From sequence record NZ_CP118109.1: a stretch of 64,000 bases of DNA. One strand, 5' to 3'. The stretch comes from a plasmid. The translations under genes and the position numbers were made by a program. Every line of letters starts with the position of its first letter. Position 1 is the stretch's first letter. Shown piece after piece: positions 1 through 10,659 of the stretch. Below the pieces are notes generated by a model. The model saw nothing but the letters and a program-made list of their open reading frames with translations, was not told the DNA's origin and ran no database searches.

Positions 1-226
1 TCGTCTTCCAGTTCTCAATAACAGAAGCCGGAAGTTCCCCCTCATATAACACTAAAGCTGGCGTCTTACACAACACAGCATGAACGATGTTTTTCATCGT
101 CTCAGGCTTGGTCTCGTCATATGATAATGACCGTGTAGGATTAGCCAGCGTAAGATAAGTGTTAGTGAGGGGATCAAAGTAGCTAGTTTTGCGCGGTGCT
201 AAACCGAACGTCACTTGTACAGCCAT
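1..226 (-). CDS. hypothetical protein, 5' part only (continues past window start); probably head/structural module
   Basis: Minus-strand ATG at 226-224 preceded by GGAGGGA RBS (rc of 233-239). Open frame runs to position 1 without a stop. Lies downstream of the capsid-type gene on the same strand. Confidence 0.4.
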   Translation of the reverse strand, partial: MAVQVTFGLAPRKTSYFDPLTNTYLTLANPTRSLSYDETKPETMKNIVHAVLCKTPALVLYEGELPASVIENWKT

Positions 227-283
227 ATTTGATCCCTCCATTAAAGTTTAGTTTAGTTTCTTATACTATACCCAACCAGCAGA

Positions 284-1369
284 TTAAGAGATAACCCGAA
301 CTGTTTGAGGATTTGGATAACTGCGTTCGAATGCAAGGTTACGAGCTGTTGCTACTGCCTTACCTTCGTTCAATACGCCGATACCATAACGCTCTTTAAC
401 TTTGATCGTTTGGATATCACGCATCGGATCGTCGAACTGTTCTGTAGACAATGGGTCTTTTACGAGTACGATACCGATATTGGATTTGTCCACAACGTAC
501 ATATCGAATTTCTTCTCTTCGTAGTTGAATGGAGCAAACGGCGTAAAGTTGATGTTGATGCTGAATGGAATACGTCCTTGTACGCTGTCTGGGTTGATTT
601 GCAGGTTCGTGATTTGGGAACCGCCCAGTGCTGCATGAGACAGAGATTGCATCAGATCATTTTTGAAGAATACGCTCCAAGTCAGTGGATGCATGATGAT
701 ATCTGTAGGATTGAAGCCGTTAGCCATAACCGCTACGAACATGTCGATCATATCTTCTGTGCTCAGTGTATTATTCAGGTTGCCATCGATATCGCGGCCA
801 GTTGTACCTGCTTCCGTATATTTCGTACGAATATCGTTATCATATACGATGTGACCATGCTTAGAGAATTGGTTGAAGATTTTTTCTTCTTTAAGGCGAG
901 CCATTGCTTCGCCCGCTTTACGAACCAAGATCCCGATTACGTCCCACTGGGAGTCGTTGATCATTTCGTCTGTAACGCGGACCACCATACCAGATTTACC
1001 AACTTTGACTTCTTGCGTGCGGTGCATTTGGAAGTCAACAGTTTCTTCTAGGTACGATTGGCTTTCCCCGATATCATGCGCACGCATTGCGCCGATAGAC
1101 GGGAACTCGATAGAACGTCCTTCTGTTAGACGTACTGTTTGCATCAGGGTGGAGCCCAAATACATAGGCTCAGCTGCTTCACGCATCATACCAGTAATAA
1201 CGCGCGGGATAAGAATGGAAGCATCTTGTGTAGTGAGTGCTTCTTTTACGCCGACAAGGTCACCTTTCGGGATTTGCGTCCAGTCCTCTTCAAGGTTGAG
1301 TTGACGCTGCATTCTCTCGTAGACTTTCACAGCCTCCGGAGACAATTGCATTTCATTTAAGTTCATCAT
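284..1369 (-). CDS. candidate major capsid protein (HK97-fold-like), 361 aa
   Basis: Long ORF at the end of the terminase-portal-scaffold series on the minus strand. Size and position fit a major head protein. Overlapping plus-strand ORFs are antisense shadows. Confidence 0.45.
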   Translation of the reverse strand: MMNLNEMQLSPEAVKVYERMQRQLNLEEDWTQIPKGDLVGVKEALTTQDASILIPRVITGMMREAAEPMYLGSTLMQTVRLTEGRSIEFPSIGAMRAHDIGESQSYLEETVDFQMHRTQEVKVGKSGMVVRVTDEMINDSQWDVIGILVRKAGEAMARLKEEKIFNQFSKHGHIVYDNDIRTKYTEAGTTGRDIDGNLNNTLSTEDMIDMFVAVMANGFNPTDIIMHPLTWSVFFKNDLMQSLSHAALGGSQITNLQINPDSVQGRIPFSININFTPFAPFNYEEKKFDMYVVDKSNIGIVLVKDPLSTEQFDDPMRDIQTIKVKERYGIGVLNEGKAVATARNLAFERSYPNPQTVRVIS

Positions 1370-1400
1370 TAGTGGCTAGGCCCCTTTCTGTGATTACGAA

Positions 1401-2627
1401 TTATTTATGAAGCAGGATACGAACCGCACCGATCGAACCTTTGAAGTCCCAACCTGTTGGGATACCAGGGATTTGACCTGTTGCTTTGTACGTTGCCGTT
1501 ACATTTTTAGGAGTAGCGCCAGCAGTGTTATCAACCGTTACAACAACCAAGCCAAGCTCAGCATTTACGTAATCAGGTTCAATAACTTGTCCATCGAATT
1601 TAACTTCGACAGTTCCGGCTACAGCTGGAAGGTGTTCCAAGCGGAAATCATGACGACCTTTTTGTCCCGGCTGAATTGTACCGATAACTTCATCTTCGTA
1701 TGGCACTTCGATATTGGAACCGTTTGTTAGGCCAGGAATACCTTGTGGCTTGTACTGTCCTTTATCCCAGTTCGCATAAGTTTTTTCGTAAGGGTAGCCA
1801 GGGAAGCCATCTTGAGCACCAATATCTTCTGGACGGAATCCAGAGTTATTAATGTGCTTGTCATCAGAGCGTTGATCTTCTTGGCTCCATCCAACCCATT
1901 TCAACCAGCCTTGTGGAGGCATGTTCGTTTCAACGGACCAGATTTGACCGATAGTTTGATCGCGCATGATACTTTCTTGTTCCATCAAGGCTTTCAATTC
2001 ATCAAGAGTAGTCGCTGCCTTGATTTGCTCACGAATTTGATCAAAGTCGGCTACGATTAGACGTCCGTTTTCATCAGACATTACAAAGTCGCCGTTTTTC
2101 GCAGGACGAGATGGATTCGCATCGTAGAAAGAACCCCAATGGATTTCTTCTGCGTCTGCTTTCACTGGAATGTATGGAAGCTCAATGTAGATTGTATTTT
2201 CAATTGTCGGCTGCATGCCGTTGAAACCATCTACAAATTCTTCATACAAGTTACCGTAAGCTACGCCAATTGCTTTATTGGCTGCACGAGTGTAAGTGGA
2301 GCCGTCTGTTTTATGAACGTCCGTTACATCCTTACCGCCGTTAGCTAGTGTAAGAACTGGAAGCAATGTGCCGCTGTCGAAATCTTTAATTACGCCGTCT
2401 TGTCTTTCGTTAAAGTTATCGGTTGCCGCAGCAACTGCGCGACCTTTAGGAATTACAACCCAGCCATCGCCACCGAAATGATACCGGAATAGACGTTTTA
2501 GACGAGGGTCAATTGCAAATTTCTCGCCGGGACTGTCATGAGTACCTGCTTGAAGCTTGGTATTTGTACGATTGTACTGATCTGGTGTGTCTCTAAGAGG
2601 ACCTGTATTGCCAGAGAATAATGCCAT
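1401..2627 (-). CDS. head protein with C-terminal Ig-like/BIG-like segment (alternative major capsid or decoration protein), 408 aa
   Basis: Sits between the scaffold-like gene and the 361-aa capsid-type gene. C-terminal ...TVEVKFDGQVIEPDYV...VTATYKATGQ resembles Ig-like surface domains. Confidence 0.4.
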   Translation of the reverse strand: MALFSGNTGPLRDTPDQYNRTNTKLQAGTHDSPGEKFAIDPRLKRLFRYHFGGDGWVVIPKGRAVAAATDNFNERQDGVIKDFDSGTLLPVLTLANGGKDVTDVHKTDGSTYTRAANKAIGVAYGNLYEEFVDGFNGMQPTIENTIYIELPYIPVKADAEEIHWGSFYDANPSRPAKNGDFVMSDENGRLIVADFDQIREQIKAATTLDELKALMEQESIMRDQTIGQIWSVETNMPPQGWLKWVGWSQEDQRSDDKHINNSGFRPEDIGAQDGFPGYPYEKTYANWDKGQYKPQGIPGLTNGSNIEVPYEDEVIGTIQPGQKGRHDFRLEHLPAVAGTVEVKFDGQVIEPDYVNAELGLVVVTVDNTAGATPKNVTATYKATGQIPGIPTGWDFKGSIGAVRILLHK

Positions 2628-2661
2628 TGAATAGTCAACTCCTTAAATTGGTATACATATT

Positions 2662-4104
2662 TTAGTGTTTTTTGCTTTTAAACATGCCACTAAATAGATT
2701 TACAGCATCTTGTCCTGTCATCGTCTTCGGTGTCTCGGACTCATCTGTATGAACACCAGGGTTTGTTACACTACCTGGAACCGGCTTAAGAGTTTTAGAT
2801 TCTGCAAGAAGATCACTTCTCGTATTTTCCAATGACTCTTTACTACGTGTTGCATGAGCATCGACTGCTTCTTGGTGATCAACACCTACAACATCAGGTT
2901 TGTTAAGCTGACGCTTCATCTGAACAACACTTTCTGCAAGAGATCGATGAGCTGCCTCATTCAATGTCGCATTCTCTTGTGTCAGTCGAGAAACCTCGGC
3001 TTGTGCTTCAGATAGCTTTGCTCCCATGCGCTGATTTTCCATTACGAGATTTGTAATGGTTTGCTGCATCTCTGTCAGATTAACTGCCGGAGCTGGAGGA
3101 GTTGCAGGAGCAGGTGGATTGCTTTCCGTTGTTTGTGCAACTGGATCAGCATTCGTAGCTGCAGGAGGTGTTTGCTCTCCTTCTTTCGTACCAGCTACTG
3201 GATTTGTGTCTGGCTCAGCTGGAGGTGTCTGCTCTCCTTCTTTGGTTCCTGTAACAACTGTAGTTTCTGGATTTTCCTCATTTGGATTAGGCATTGTTGT
3301 ACTCCCTTCCTCAAATCTAAGCAAGTTTTCAAAGGCTTTCTTTTGTCCTTCGTTTAACTGCTCATATAGGTTAGTACCTGGGCTATCTACGTGCTGTAGC
3401 AACCCTTCGGCTAGTTGAAAGATGTTCATTTGAACGGATTCCTGAGAAGACCCGCTTGAGTTGCTTCCTTCATCCTCGTAAACTGCAGTAACACCTGTGT
3501 TGCCGGCATATTCGTCAGCAGGGACATTAACATATGAAACTTCACGTCCATATGTTGTTCCAATAATGAAATGAGCTGTCTGATCCTCGTATTCTTGTCC
3601 GGGATAGTGCTCACACCACTCTTGAGTGCGGTCTGATCCGCAAATGTTGCAAGTAACTTTATCTGTACTCGCCCCGATAGATACTGTTTGGTATCGACCA
3701 TCAAGCACCTTCTCGATTGCGACCGGATCGGTGATCTCTACGGTGAACATAAGCCCTGGCTTACCCGACATCGTCACATCATGGTACTCTGCCTTGATGA
3801 TCCGTCCGATTGGCTCACCGTCAACATCATTGTGGTGAGTCAGTACCGGCTTCGGCCGTGGTGACGTCCAGCTTTCAAGACCTGCAGACAATCCTTCTTT
3901 GGTGTAATACGTATAGTTACGAGTACGACCAACGTGGATTGCTTCAATGGTAACAATCAGCTTTTTGGGTTTTCCTTTGGCTGATTCATTCAACACCTGG
4001 ACTGATTCTCGTTTGATCTTTCCGATCGTTCCTAAATTCTCGTTAAAGGCTTTAGGCACCAGTGTTTTTTGTTCATGTTCTGTAAGCGTGTATACATTCC
4101 TCAC
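2662..4104 (-). CDS. scaffolding/prohead-maturation protein candidate, 480 aa
   Basis: Immediately downstream of the portal (4-nt overlap). C-terminal roughly 150 aa is heptad-like coiled coil (NLTEMQQTITNLVMENQRMGAKLSEAQAEVSRLTQENATLNEA). Central Pro/Thr/Glu-rich linker. Confidence 0.4.
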   Translation of the reverse strand: MRNVYTLTEHEQKTLVPKAFNENLGTIGKIKRESVQVLNESAKGKPKKLIVTIEAIHVGRTRNYTYYTKEGLSAGLESWTSPRPKPVLTHHNDVDGEPIGRIIKAEYHDVTMSGKPGLMFTVEITDPVAIEKVLDGRYQTVSIGASTDKVTCNICGSDRTQEWCEHYPGQEYEDQTAHFIIGTTYGREVSYVNVPADEYAGNTGVTAVYEDEGSNSSGSSQESVQMNIFQLAEGLLQHVDSPGTNLYEQLNEGQKKAFENLLRFEEGSTTMPNPNEENPETTVVTGTKEGEQTPPAEPDTNPVAGTKEGEQTPPAATNADPVAQTTESNPPAPATPPAPAVNLTEMQQTITNLVMENQRMGAKLSEAQAEVSRLTQENATLNEAAHRSLAESVVQMKRQLNKPDVVGVDHQEAVDAHATRSKESLENTRSDLLAESKTLKPVPGSVTNPGVHTDESETPKTMTGQDAVNLFSGMFKSKKH

Positions 4105-6335
4105 TTAGCTTCACCCCCTTCGTCATGGATTGTTAGATCACATTCGCAGTTCGTGTGAAACGGAGGAATGCGATAGAATATAGCCATCTCATCGTAGGAC
4201 GATAACTCTACCAGTGAGATAATCTCCTGCGATTTTTCATAGCAGGTTGAACAGCTTCCAGGCTCATGAAGAGCTTTTACGCTAGAGACTCCACTTCTGC
4301 CCAGCGCCAGAACATATCCGTAATGATATGTCTTAATCACTGTCGTCTTGGCAATAGCCTTAATGCGATGCCTTACAGATTCAAACACGCTGCGCGTGAT
4401 TAGAATTGCTTTGTTTTCATCATCTACACCTTTGAGCTTTTCATTTAATACGTGATGTATCGTTTCTTCCATCAAATCAAAAGAATCTTGTGTAAATTCA
4501 GATACCAGTCGAAGCGATTGCGATAAGTTAATACCAGGCGATTTAGATAGCTTTAATTGAGTAGCAGCTTTCTTTGCTCCTTCAAGGAGTACGCTTCTTG
4601 CTTCTTTCTGAATAACTTGATCCATTTTGTCTTTGCTGAAATGTATCGCAGAAAGGGCTTCAGATGGTGAAGTCATTGGAAACCTGTTACGGGTCTTCGT
4701 CCGCTGAATCTCACCAATCACATCCTCCTCCATCATAGAGAAGACTTTACTCATCTCTTTATGAAGGGATTGCACAGTCTCAATAGGAAGTTCAAATTCC
4801 GATTGAATCTGGTCGTATTGGTCTTTTTCTTTCAGCGAAATTCCAATCACTTTGTCGTACATTTCCTTCAAGGATTCTGTACTGCTTTTTGGTCCGGATC
4901 GTGTTCCATTTTGATTGGTTGGCTGTTGCTTATTGTTTGTTTCCGCACTGCCGGATGCCGCGACTGCTGCTTGATCAAGAGTCGCTTGATGCTCTGCTTG
5001 CTGCATCCCAATCATTTGGAAGTGTAATCGACCTTCATCGGTTACGGGGTCCATTCCGATATTCTTACGGGTTTCATCCCACGTCTGAACGTTATGCTCA
5101 AATTTAAAGATCTCATGTGTTTCGACCTTGATACGCATTTCTTGTTCAATTTCATTGAAGACGAAGTTAACTCTAAAATCAGGGTTGGCCATAGGATCAT
5201 AGCCGCCTTCAACCAGAAGTTCTTCGATAATGAATTGATCAATGTACATTTGGATCGTTTTCTGCCAACCTTTCACTCGGTCAGCTTTATTTCCACCCAT
5301 AGCGTCCGCTGTATTTCGATTGGCTGTATCTCCCCGACCGAAATCGACTTGAGACATACCAAGCCCCGAGAACACTCGGTTTTCGAAATAATCCAGATAA
5401 GGACGGCCATCAATGGCTGTTATATTTACAGCTTCTACTTTATGGCGTTCTGGAAGGACGATCGCACCATCCGTCGGTAAATCTTCGATAACAGATCGAA
5501 TAGCTTCAAGCTCTTCATCCGTTGCCTCATATCCCGGCTGTGCAACACCTACCGTATAAGCCAGAAGCGGAAAGATGTGTCGATACAGCAGGAGTGCCGC
5601 ATTCTCTTCAACCTTTCGCAAAAGCCTTACATCATCTATAACAGGAGCAAGAAACGGAATACCAAATGCTTCGCCTGCTGGACGATTCACAGGAATGTGA
5701 ATCATATCCTGCACCTGAAAATCTACTGTGTCTCCGCCTGATCCTGAATCCTGCGTATAGCTGGATACATTACCTTGATCATCCCGCGTAATTGAGATCG
5801 TCGCCGGTGGAAGTCTAAAATATCCGGCTACGGGATCTTTGGCTGGAAGGACTGCTGTTGCGGGAAGACCCGGAGGTAAACCCACTCCATTTTTTGCCCT
5901 GGCTTTGACAATGAAAGAGTTGTGAAATCTTACAACATCATCTGCGATTCCATGAAATAGCTCGTCTGTAGGTACTTGTGTAGCAATCGCCATCATATCC
6001 AGCCTTGTCTTGAGATACTGCAGAGCTTCATCACTACGACTCTTAAATGCATAGCCGCCTTTCATGATTAGCTCACTGTATTTCAGGACTGTCTGTGTTA
6101 GATAACTATCACGCTCTATGGCGGTTGCAATGGCTGCAAAGTCCGATTTCGGAGTTTCAGCATCACTACCACCTGAGCTGTTTTTGACTGCATATCCTAC
6201 TCGCTTGACTTGAGTCGCTTTTGGATCACGATTGACAGTGATGCCGCTACTGGAGCTGCCGCCCGTTGGAGTCGTTGCGTTCTTTAGGCCAATACGTGAT
6301 AAGACATTCATAAAAAGCTTAGCCAAGAAACACAT
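4101..6335 (-). CDS. portal protein candidate with C-terminal Cys/His-containing extension (MuF/head-morphogenesis-like)
   Basis: 744-aa ORF two genes downstream of the large terminase. Start taken as ATG 6335-6333 behind GGAAAGGAG RBS; the ORF-track start 6350 is a TTG inside the RBS. Function inferred from size and gene order. Confidence 0.5.
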   Translation of the reverse strand: MCFLAKLFMNVLSRIGLKNATTPTGGSSSSGITVNRDPKATQVKRVGYAVKNSSGGSDAETPKSDFAAIATAIERDSYLTQTVLKYSELIMKGGYAFKSRSDEALQYLKTRLDMMAIATQVPTDELFHGIADDVVRFHNSFIVKARAKNGVGLPPGLPATAVLPAKDPVAGYFRLPPATISITRDDQGNVSSYTQDSGSGGDTVDFQVQDMIHIPVNRPAGEAFGIPFLAPVIDDVRLLRKVEENAALLLYRHIFPLLAYTVGVAQPGYEATDEELEAIRSVIEDLPTDGAIVLPERHKVEAVNITAIDGRPYLDYFENRVFSGLGMSQVDFGRGDTANRNTADAMGGNKADRVKGWQKTIQMYIDQFIIEELLVEGGYDPMANPDFRVNFVFNEIEQEMRIKVETHEIFKFEHNVQTWDETRKNIGMDPVTDEGRLHFQMIGMQQAEHQATLDQAAVAASGSAETNNKQQPTNQNGTRSGPKSSTESLKEMYDKVIGISLKEKDQYDQIQSEFELPIETVQSLHKEMSKVFSMMEEDVIGEIQRTKTRNRFPMTSPSEALSAIHFSKDKMDQVIQKEARSVLLEGAKKAATQLKLSKSPGINLSQSLRLVSEFTQDSFDLMEETIHHVLNEKLKGVDDENKAILITRSVFESVRHRIKAIAKTTVIKTYHYGYVLALGRSGVSSVKALHEPGSCSTCYEKSQEIISLVELSSYDEMAIFYRIPPFHTNCECDLTIHDEGGEAK

Positions 6336-6383
6336 CTCCTTTCCGAGCAAGTCACTTTATCTTAAATAATTATATATTAAAAA

Positions 6384-6397
6384 TGTAAGGCGTTACA
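6384..6397. promoter_or_regulatory. palindrome-family copy 1: TGTAAGGCGTTACA, 34 nt upstream (minus strand) of the portal start, followed in gene direction by TATATAAT
   Basis: Minus-strand reading TGTAACGCCTTACA-tttttaa-TATATAAT. Confidence 0.5.
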
Positions 6398-6403
6398 CTT
6401 GTG

Positions 6404-7672
6404 CTAGACTGCGTATCCATTAGTCTCCAAATAACTAATTGCCCATTCTTCATCGATATTGCTTGCCTCTTGCAAATCCTCTAATATCCTCAAGAATCTT
6501 CTGATTTCCTCTTTTTTCTGAATAAGCTGGTATTGTTGACTATAGAAAATTGCCTCTTGCTGATAGAAACGAGTCATATCTGTAATGGATGAATCGTACT
6601 GATTTTTACTTTGCGATAGAGAACCGACAATGATTTCAGCCAGTGCATTCATGGATTCATTTGTATCCGATTGATTATAGAGCCAGTTCTTAACTCCGAC
6701 ACCGGATTTGGATTCCAGCTGCTGATAGAACCACTGCTGCTTTGAAACAAAGGATTCTTTCTGATCGTCAATCAGTGCATACTGCCCCTTCAATGAAGTC
6801 AGCTTGTCTTTTATGTTGCGGAAGGACAGTAGAACATAAGCAGCGACCGAAGACTTATCAGCAAGGGGTGCTACCTGTAGGATCATCCCTTTAAGATCAT
6901 CCTTCATGACAACAGCTGGATTCGTTATAAGAAACTGCATCTGATCAAGCAATTGAGAATACATTGCATATCGGTTTCGGTGTACATATGAAGTATCCGA
7001 TAGGGATACATGCAATGCTTCCATCTGTTGACGAGTCAGGTCTTGGTCATAAATCTGCCGCTCCAGTGAAGAGATTGTCGAGTTCGTTATGTCTTCCTCA
7101 TGGTTCTCCTCATCCGAATACGCAGACTGAATCTCATCTGTTAGCCGATTAAAGACTTGCTCTGCTTCAATCCATTGATTAATCATATTGGCTTCTGATT
7201 CTTCGACAGCACTAACCTCTGCGTTGCCTGTAATCTGAGTACGGTAGTGTCCGTCCACAAATTCAAACTGCATCGAGCAGGATGCCTTCATTCGGTATAG
7301 GATCGTGTAAATTTCAGCATCACCAGAAGCCCGCGGACCGCACAATATATCTTCTTGCTCAATAATTCTGCTCTGATCTCCTGATTCGAGGATTCCCTTA
7401 TACTCAAAGAAGCTAGGGGTTTGATTTCGATCTTCGATCATCTTCATTAAGACATTCATTCGCTCAACTAATTCTGAATAGCCCTTCAGAACACTTGTAA
7501 TTGTAAAATCCTCTGAACGAATAATCTTTTGCACAGTTGCCGGATTAATTCGAAAGAAGCGATCTTTCTTCGGCATCTTCAGATCCGGCCGATAGTTAAC
7601 CTGATTCCGTTCATAGGATGTATCTATACCACGCTGCCCAAAGATATCTTCCGACATGTTAATGACCTCCAT
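6404..7672 (-). CDS. hypothetical acidic protein, 422 aa, between terminase and portal
   Basis: Uninterrupted ORF in co-orientation. No recognisable motifs. Confidence 0.5.
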   Translation of the reverse strand: MEVINMSEDIFGQRGIDTSYERNQVNYRPDLKMPKKDRFFRINPATVQKIIRSEDFTITSVLKGYSELVERMNVLMKMIEDRNQTPSFFEYKGILESGDQSRIIEQEDILCGPRASGDAEIYTILYRMKASCSMQFEFVDGHYRTQITGNAEVSAVEESEANMINQWIEAEQVFNRLTDEIQSAYSDEENHEEDITNSTISSLERQIYDQDLTRQQMEALHVSLSDTSYVHRNRYAMYSQLLDQMQFLITNPAVVMKDDLKGMILQVAPLADKSSVAAYVLLSFRNIKDKLTSLKGQYALIDDQKESFVSKQQWFYQQLESKSGVGVKNWLYNQSDTNESMNALAEIIVGSLSQSKNQYDSSITDMTRFYQQEAIFYSQQYQLIQKKEEIRRFLRILEDLQEASNIDEEWAISYLETNGYAV

Positions 7673-7821
7673 AAAATATGTAAGGCGCAGAGATTAGTCT
7701 GCGCCCCAGGGAAAGAGAGTTTGATGAGCCTAGCCAGAAAGGATACAGGGGATTTTTGCCTTCCACCAGGCGGCCCAATGGCCACAAGGGACAACGCATT
7801 ACTTCAGGCATTCCAGAGGAT

Positions 7822-9582
7822 TCAAAACTTAGCTCTTGTCGGACGATTCTTCGCATTACCGCGACCCCATATATTCGATCCGCCTCTACTTCTTTTTCCA
7901 CCATATCCAAGTTGAACTTTCTCCCAGTGCCAGTTCGGGTTGTCCCTCGCTTCACGCTCTGGTTTTTTGTTTTGGATATTGAATATATCACGTTGACCGC
8001 CGAATACTTGCTCTGCGATCTTCTCTTCTGATGTGTTATGCGATACGAAAGCACGAGTGGCTACATTGAACTTCTCCAAGACCTTCGCGATCTCAGGAAA
8101 CTCTAATGTAAATCCAAGGATCGTCAGCATGAATGCATCCAGTGCATGCTCATTTTCTGACGTATAGATCGGCTTACCGTTTTGTGAGATACGGATAACT
8201 TGGTAATCCATCATTTGCTTCCACACCATATCATCGAATGGTGAAAGAACGATTCGATCTCGTTCCAATAGGATAGCTGTTTGGTTAACCATGAAGTTTT
8301 TCGCATCTTTCTTATCGACTTCACGAGTCGCTGGATCACGCACTTCAAAGGTTTGTGCGAACTGAATCCGCTTCACCTTTTTATCTAGCTGTGTATATGG
8401 ATTATCTCGGCCGTGAAGACGAAGAGCCTCAACTTGATACTCCCCGCTACCAGCATCTACATAGACAAAGGCAGGGTTATATATGTCATTTAGCTCAATA
8501 ATTCGTTTTACCGCATTATCGAACGTAAAATCGCTCCGAGGTATTTCTGATCTTAGGCAGACTCTGAATTTCTTCAGCTGTTCATCAAACTCCGTAACGA
8601 TAATCTGAGTCGCTGCACCGTATTTATCCCAGTCCACTCCGATGATCCGGAGAGCTTTCGGTGCTGGGTTATTTATAGTATAAGGCCCGTAATAAACAAT
8701 GTCATCTAGGTTGATGCCTTGCTTCTGATACTGCTCACGCTCATACGTATTCAGAGAGCGATAACTATAATGATATTGGCTTTTTGCTCGTTCTACCGCG
8801 TCTTTATTAAATACTCCGACGGTTTCTTCTCCGAACTCTGCCTCAACCTCGTGGATATAACCCTGTTGAGTCATTGTCGCACGCATTTCGCCTTCCATCC
8901 GTTCATCAAAGTCAGGGTTGACGTGAGAAGGGAAGTGATAGGCAATATAACCCGTATCTGGATTCGTACAGATATCATAAAAGAAGTCACGTTTACCTGT
9001 AGGTGTAGAGCTTACCCAAATACCGATACGTTTCGGATCTTCGAGTGCAATGGCGGTTACAGCATCAATACCGTCACGAGACATATAATCAACCTCATCA
9101 AGGAACAACCAGTCTGCCCGCTGACCCCGGACGGATGCACCGGCTTGGCTGCCGGCATTCGCACCAGCTGTAAAGCCCATGATCTTCGATCCATTACCGA
9201 AGGATGCAATAAACGGATTCTTGGTTATGGTGACTGAGGCACTTAGCTCTTCGCAATCTCGAACTAACTCCTGCAGACGCATGAAGATCAAGCGAACCTG
9301 ATGTTCGTAAGGCGTTGCAATAAGTAGACGACTATTCTTATGATGAAACGCGTACCAAAGACAGAATACAACCATGGTCTCTGTCTTGCCAACCCGTCGT
9401 CCCATTCGGGCGGCAACACGCCGGTCGCCATTCATGATCCCTCGGATCATCTTTCGCTGATACCAACGTGCCTTCCAAGCATTCCCCTTCGGGTCTTTCA
9501 GCTTCCAGTACGCCCACTTAATCGGATCAGAGCGAATCTCTCGCTCCATTTCAAATAACTGTCTTTCTTCGACACTTTGCAT
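7822..9582 (-). CDS. terL: terminase large subunit
   Basis: Walker A GRRVGKTE, Walker B/catalytic Glu DWLFLDEVDYM, and a C-terminal RNase-H-like nuclease-type region (IIGVDWDKYGAAT...). Size 586 aa. Confidence 0.8.
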   Translation of the reverse strand: MQSVEERQLFEMEREIRSDPIKWAYWKLKDPKGNAWKARWYQRKMIRGIMNGDRRVAARMGRRVGKTETMVVFCLWYAFHHKNSRLLIATPYEHQVRLIFMRLQELVRDCEELSASVTITKNPFIASFGNGSKIMGFTAGANAGSQAGASVRGQRADWLFLDEVDYMSRDGIDAVTAIALEDPKRIGIWVSSTPTGKRDFFYDICTNPDTGYIAYHFPSHVNPDFDERMEGEMRATMTQQGYIHEVEAEFGEETVGVFNKDAVERAKSQYHYSYRSLNTYEREQYQKQGINLDDIVYYGPYTINNPAPKALRIIGVDWDKYGAATQIIVTEFDEQLKKFRVCLRSEIPRSDFTFDNAVKRIIELNDIYNPAFVYVDAGSGEYQVEALRLHGRDNPYTQLDKKVKRIQFAQTFEVRDPATREVDKKDAKNFMVNQTAILLERDRIVLSPFDDMVWKQMMDYQVIRISQNGKPIYTSENEHALDAFMLTILGFTLEFPEIAKVLEKFNVATRAFVSHNTSEEKIAEQVFGGQRDIFNIQNKKPEREARDNPNWHWEKVQLGYGGKRSRGGSNIWGRGNAKNRPTRAKF

Positions 9583-9591
9583 AATATCACC

Positions 9592-9822
9592 CTAATTTGC
9601 TCGATAGAGGTTGTTTAGGGTGTGGTATCCCTTTTGAGAAAGATTGACTTCAAATCCTCTTTCTCTTTTCCTCATGTGAAGCAACCCTTCGTCAGCTGCT
9701 TGGGTCCAATTCATTTGATCGTGTAGCCCATGCGTCTGCAAATGCTTCAGTGGAACCCATTGATCGTTCCTACGACCATGAAGAAGGATCTTATTTAATG
9801 ATTGATTAGATTTTAAAAACAT
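9592..9822 (-). CDS. small hypothetical protein (76 aa) directly upstream of terL
   Basis: ORF ends 10 nt before the terL start. No motif. Could be a small-terminase remnant or spurious. Confidence 0.3.
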   Translation of the reverse strand: MFLKSNQSLNKILLHGRRNDQWVPLKHLQTHGLHDQMNWTQAADEGLLHMRKRERGFEVNLSQKGYHTLNNLYRAN

Positions 9823-9887
9823 CCTAATTCAGCACCCCTTCACTATTCATGAAGTTTGCATGAGTGCACCTCCTAGGCAGGATGTTC

Positions 9888-10283
9888 TTAATTATTCATT
9901 CCGTCTGCAATTCCGCCAATTAAAGAGCCACCTAAAGCAGCCGCTCCGTAAGTTAAAGCTTTTGATTTTCCACTTCCAAAAGCTTTTCCGTGATAACCTT
10001 TAACTGACTGGCTAAAAGACGATGCTTTTCTCATTGCCGCATCGCCAACAGTAGCTCTGGCTCTTTGTCCGTCTGTTACTGGAACCCCTGATGCATTGCT
10101 ATATCGAATATCATCATGGGCTCTTCTAGTAAACTCTCTCACCGGCTTTTTCATGCCACGCAAAGCAGCTTTTGTTCCGAATTGTGCTCCCGCAGCAAGC
10201 GTACCTCCTACGATAGCCCCACCGACAAGACCCGATCCAATACCATCATCCACGCGGTTATATGGATTGTTTGATTGCATCAT
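9888..10283 (-). CDS. Gly-zipper small protein, paralog 1 (131 aa)
   Basis: N-terminus MMQSNNPYNRV. C-terminus AAALGGSLIGGIADGM (GxxxG-type glycine zipper). Paralogous to 10295..10642. Confidence 0.55.
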   Translation of the reverse strand: MMQSNNPYNRVDDGIGSGLVGGAIVGGTLAAGAQFGTKAALRGMKKPVREFTRRAHDDIRYSNASGVPVTDGQRARATVGDAAMRKASSFSQSVKGYHGKAFGSGKSKALTYGAAALGGSLIGGIADGMNN

Positions 10284-10294
10284 TGTTATTCACC

Positions 10295-10642
10295 TCAATC
10301 ACTCATATAGTCAATTCCTGCCCCAATTCCTCCACCAAGCACAGCAGCACCAGCATAAAACCCTGCTTTCTTCCAGCCACCGCCAAACACCTTGCCATAA
10401 CCTCGCTCTACTTTTCCGCCGACTCCGACTGCTTTAGCAGTCTTCTTGGTGGATCCGTACTCCGGTAATAGAGGTGTGGAATCTTTTTTGGCTGATCTAG
10501 CTGCACTTATAAGTGAAGCTCCTTTTGCTCCTGCATGAACTACACCCATGCTCGCCGCCCCAGCCAAAGCCCCATAGGCTGCGCCATTGTAAACAGGGTC
10601 GTGGTTACTGACTCTCTGATAGGGTTCATTGCTTCTCATCAT
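10295..10642 (-). CDS. Gly-zipper small protein, paralog 2 (115 aa)
   Basis: N-terminus MMRSNEPYQRV and C-terminus GAAVLGGGIGAGIDYM are colinear with paralog 1. Confidence 0.55.
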   Translation of the reverse strand: MMRSNEPYQRVSNHDPVYNGAAYGALAGAASMGVVHAGAKGASLISAARSAKKDSTPLLPEYGSTKKTAKAVGVGGKVERGYGKVFGGGWKKAGFYAGAAVLGGGIGAGIDYMSD

Positions 10643-10659
10643 CTTTACTCACCTCCCTC

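Noticed and set aside
305-1360. Plus-strand ORFs 305..1051, 873..1304 and 1139..1360 overlapping the capsid-type gene
   Set aside because: They lie antisense within a long, well-formed minus-strand gene in an otherwise strictly co-oriented module, and have no RBS. Judged to be shadow ORFs.
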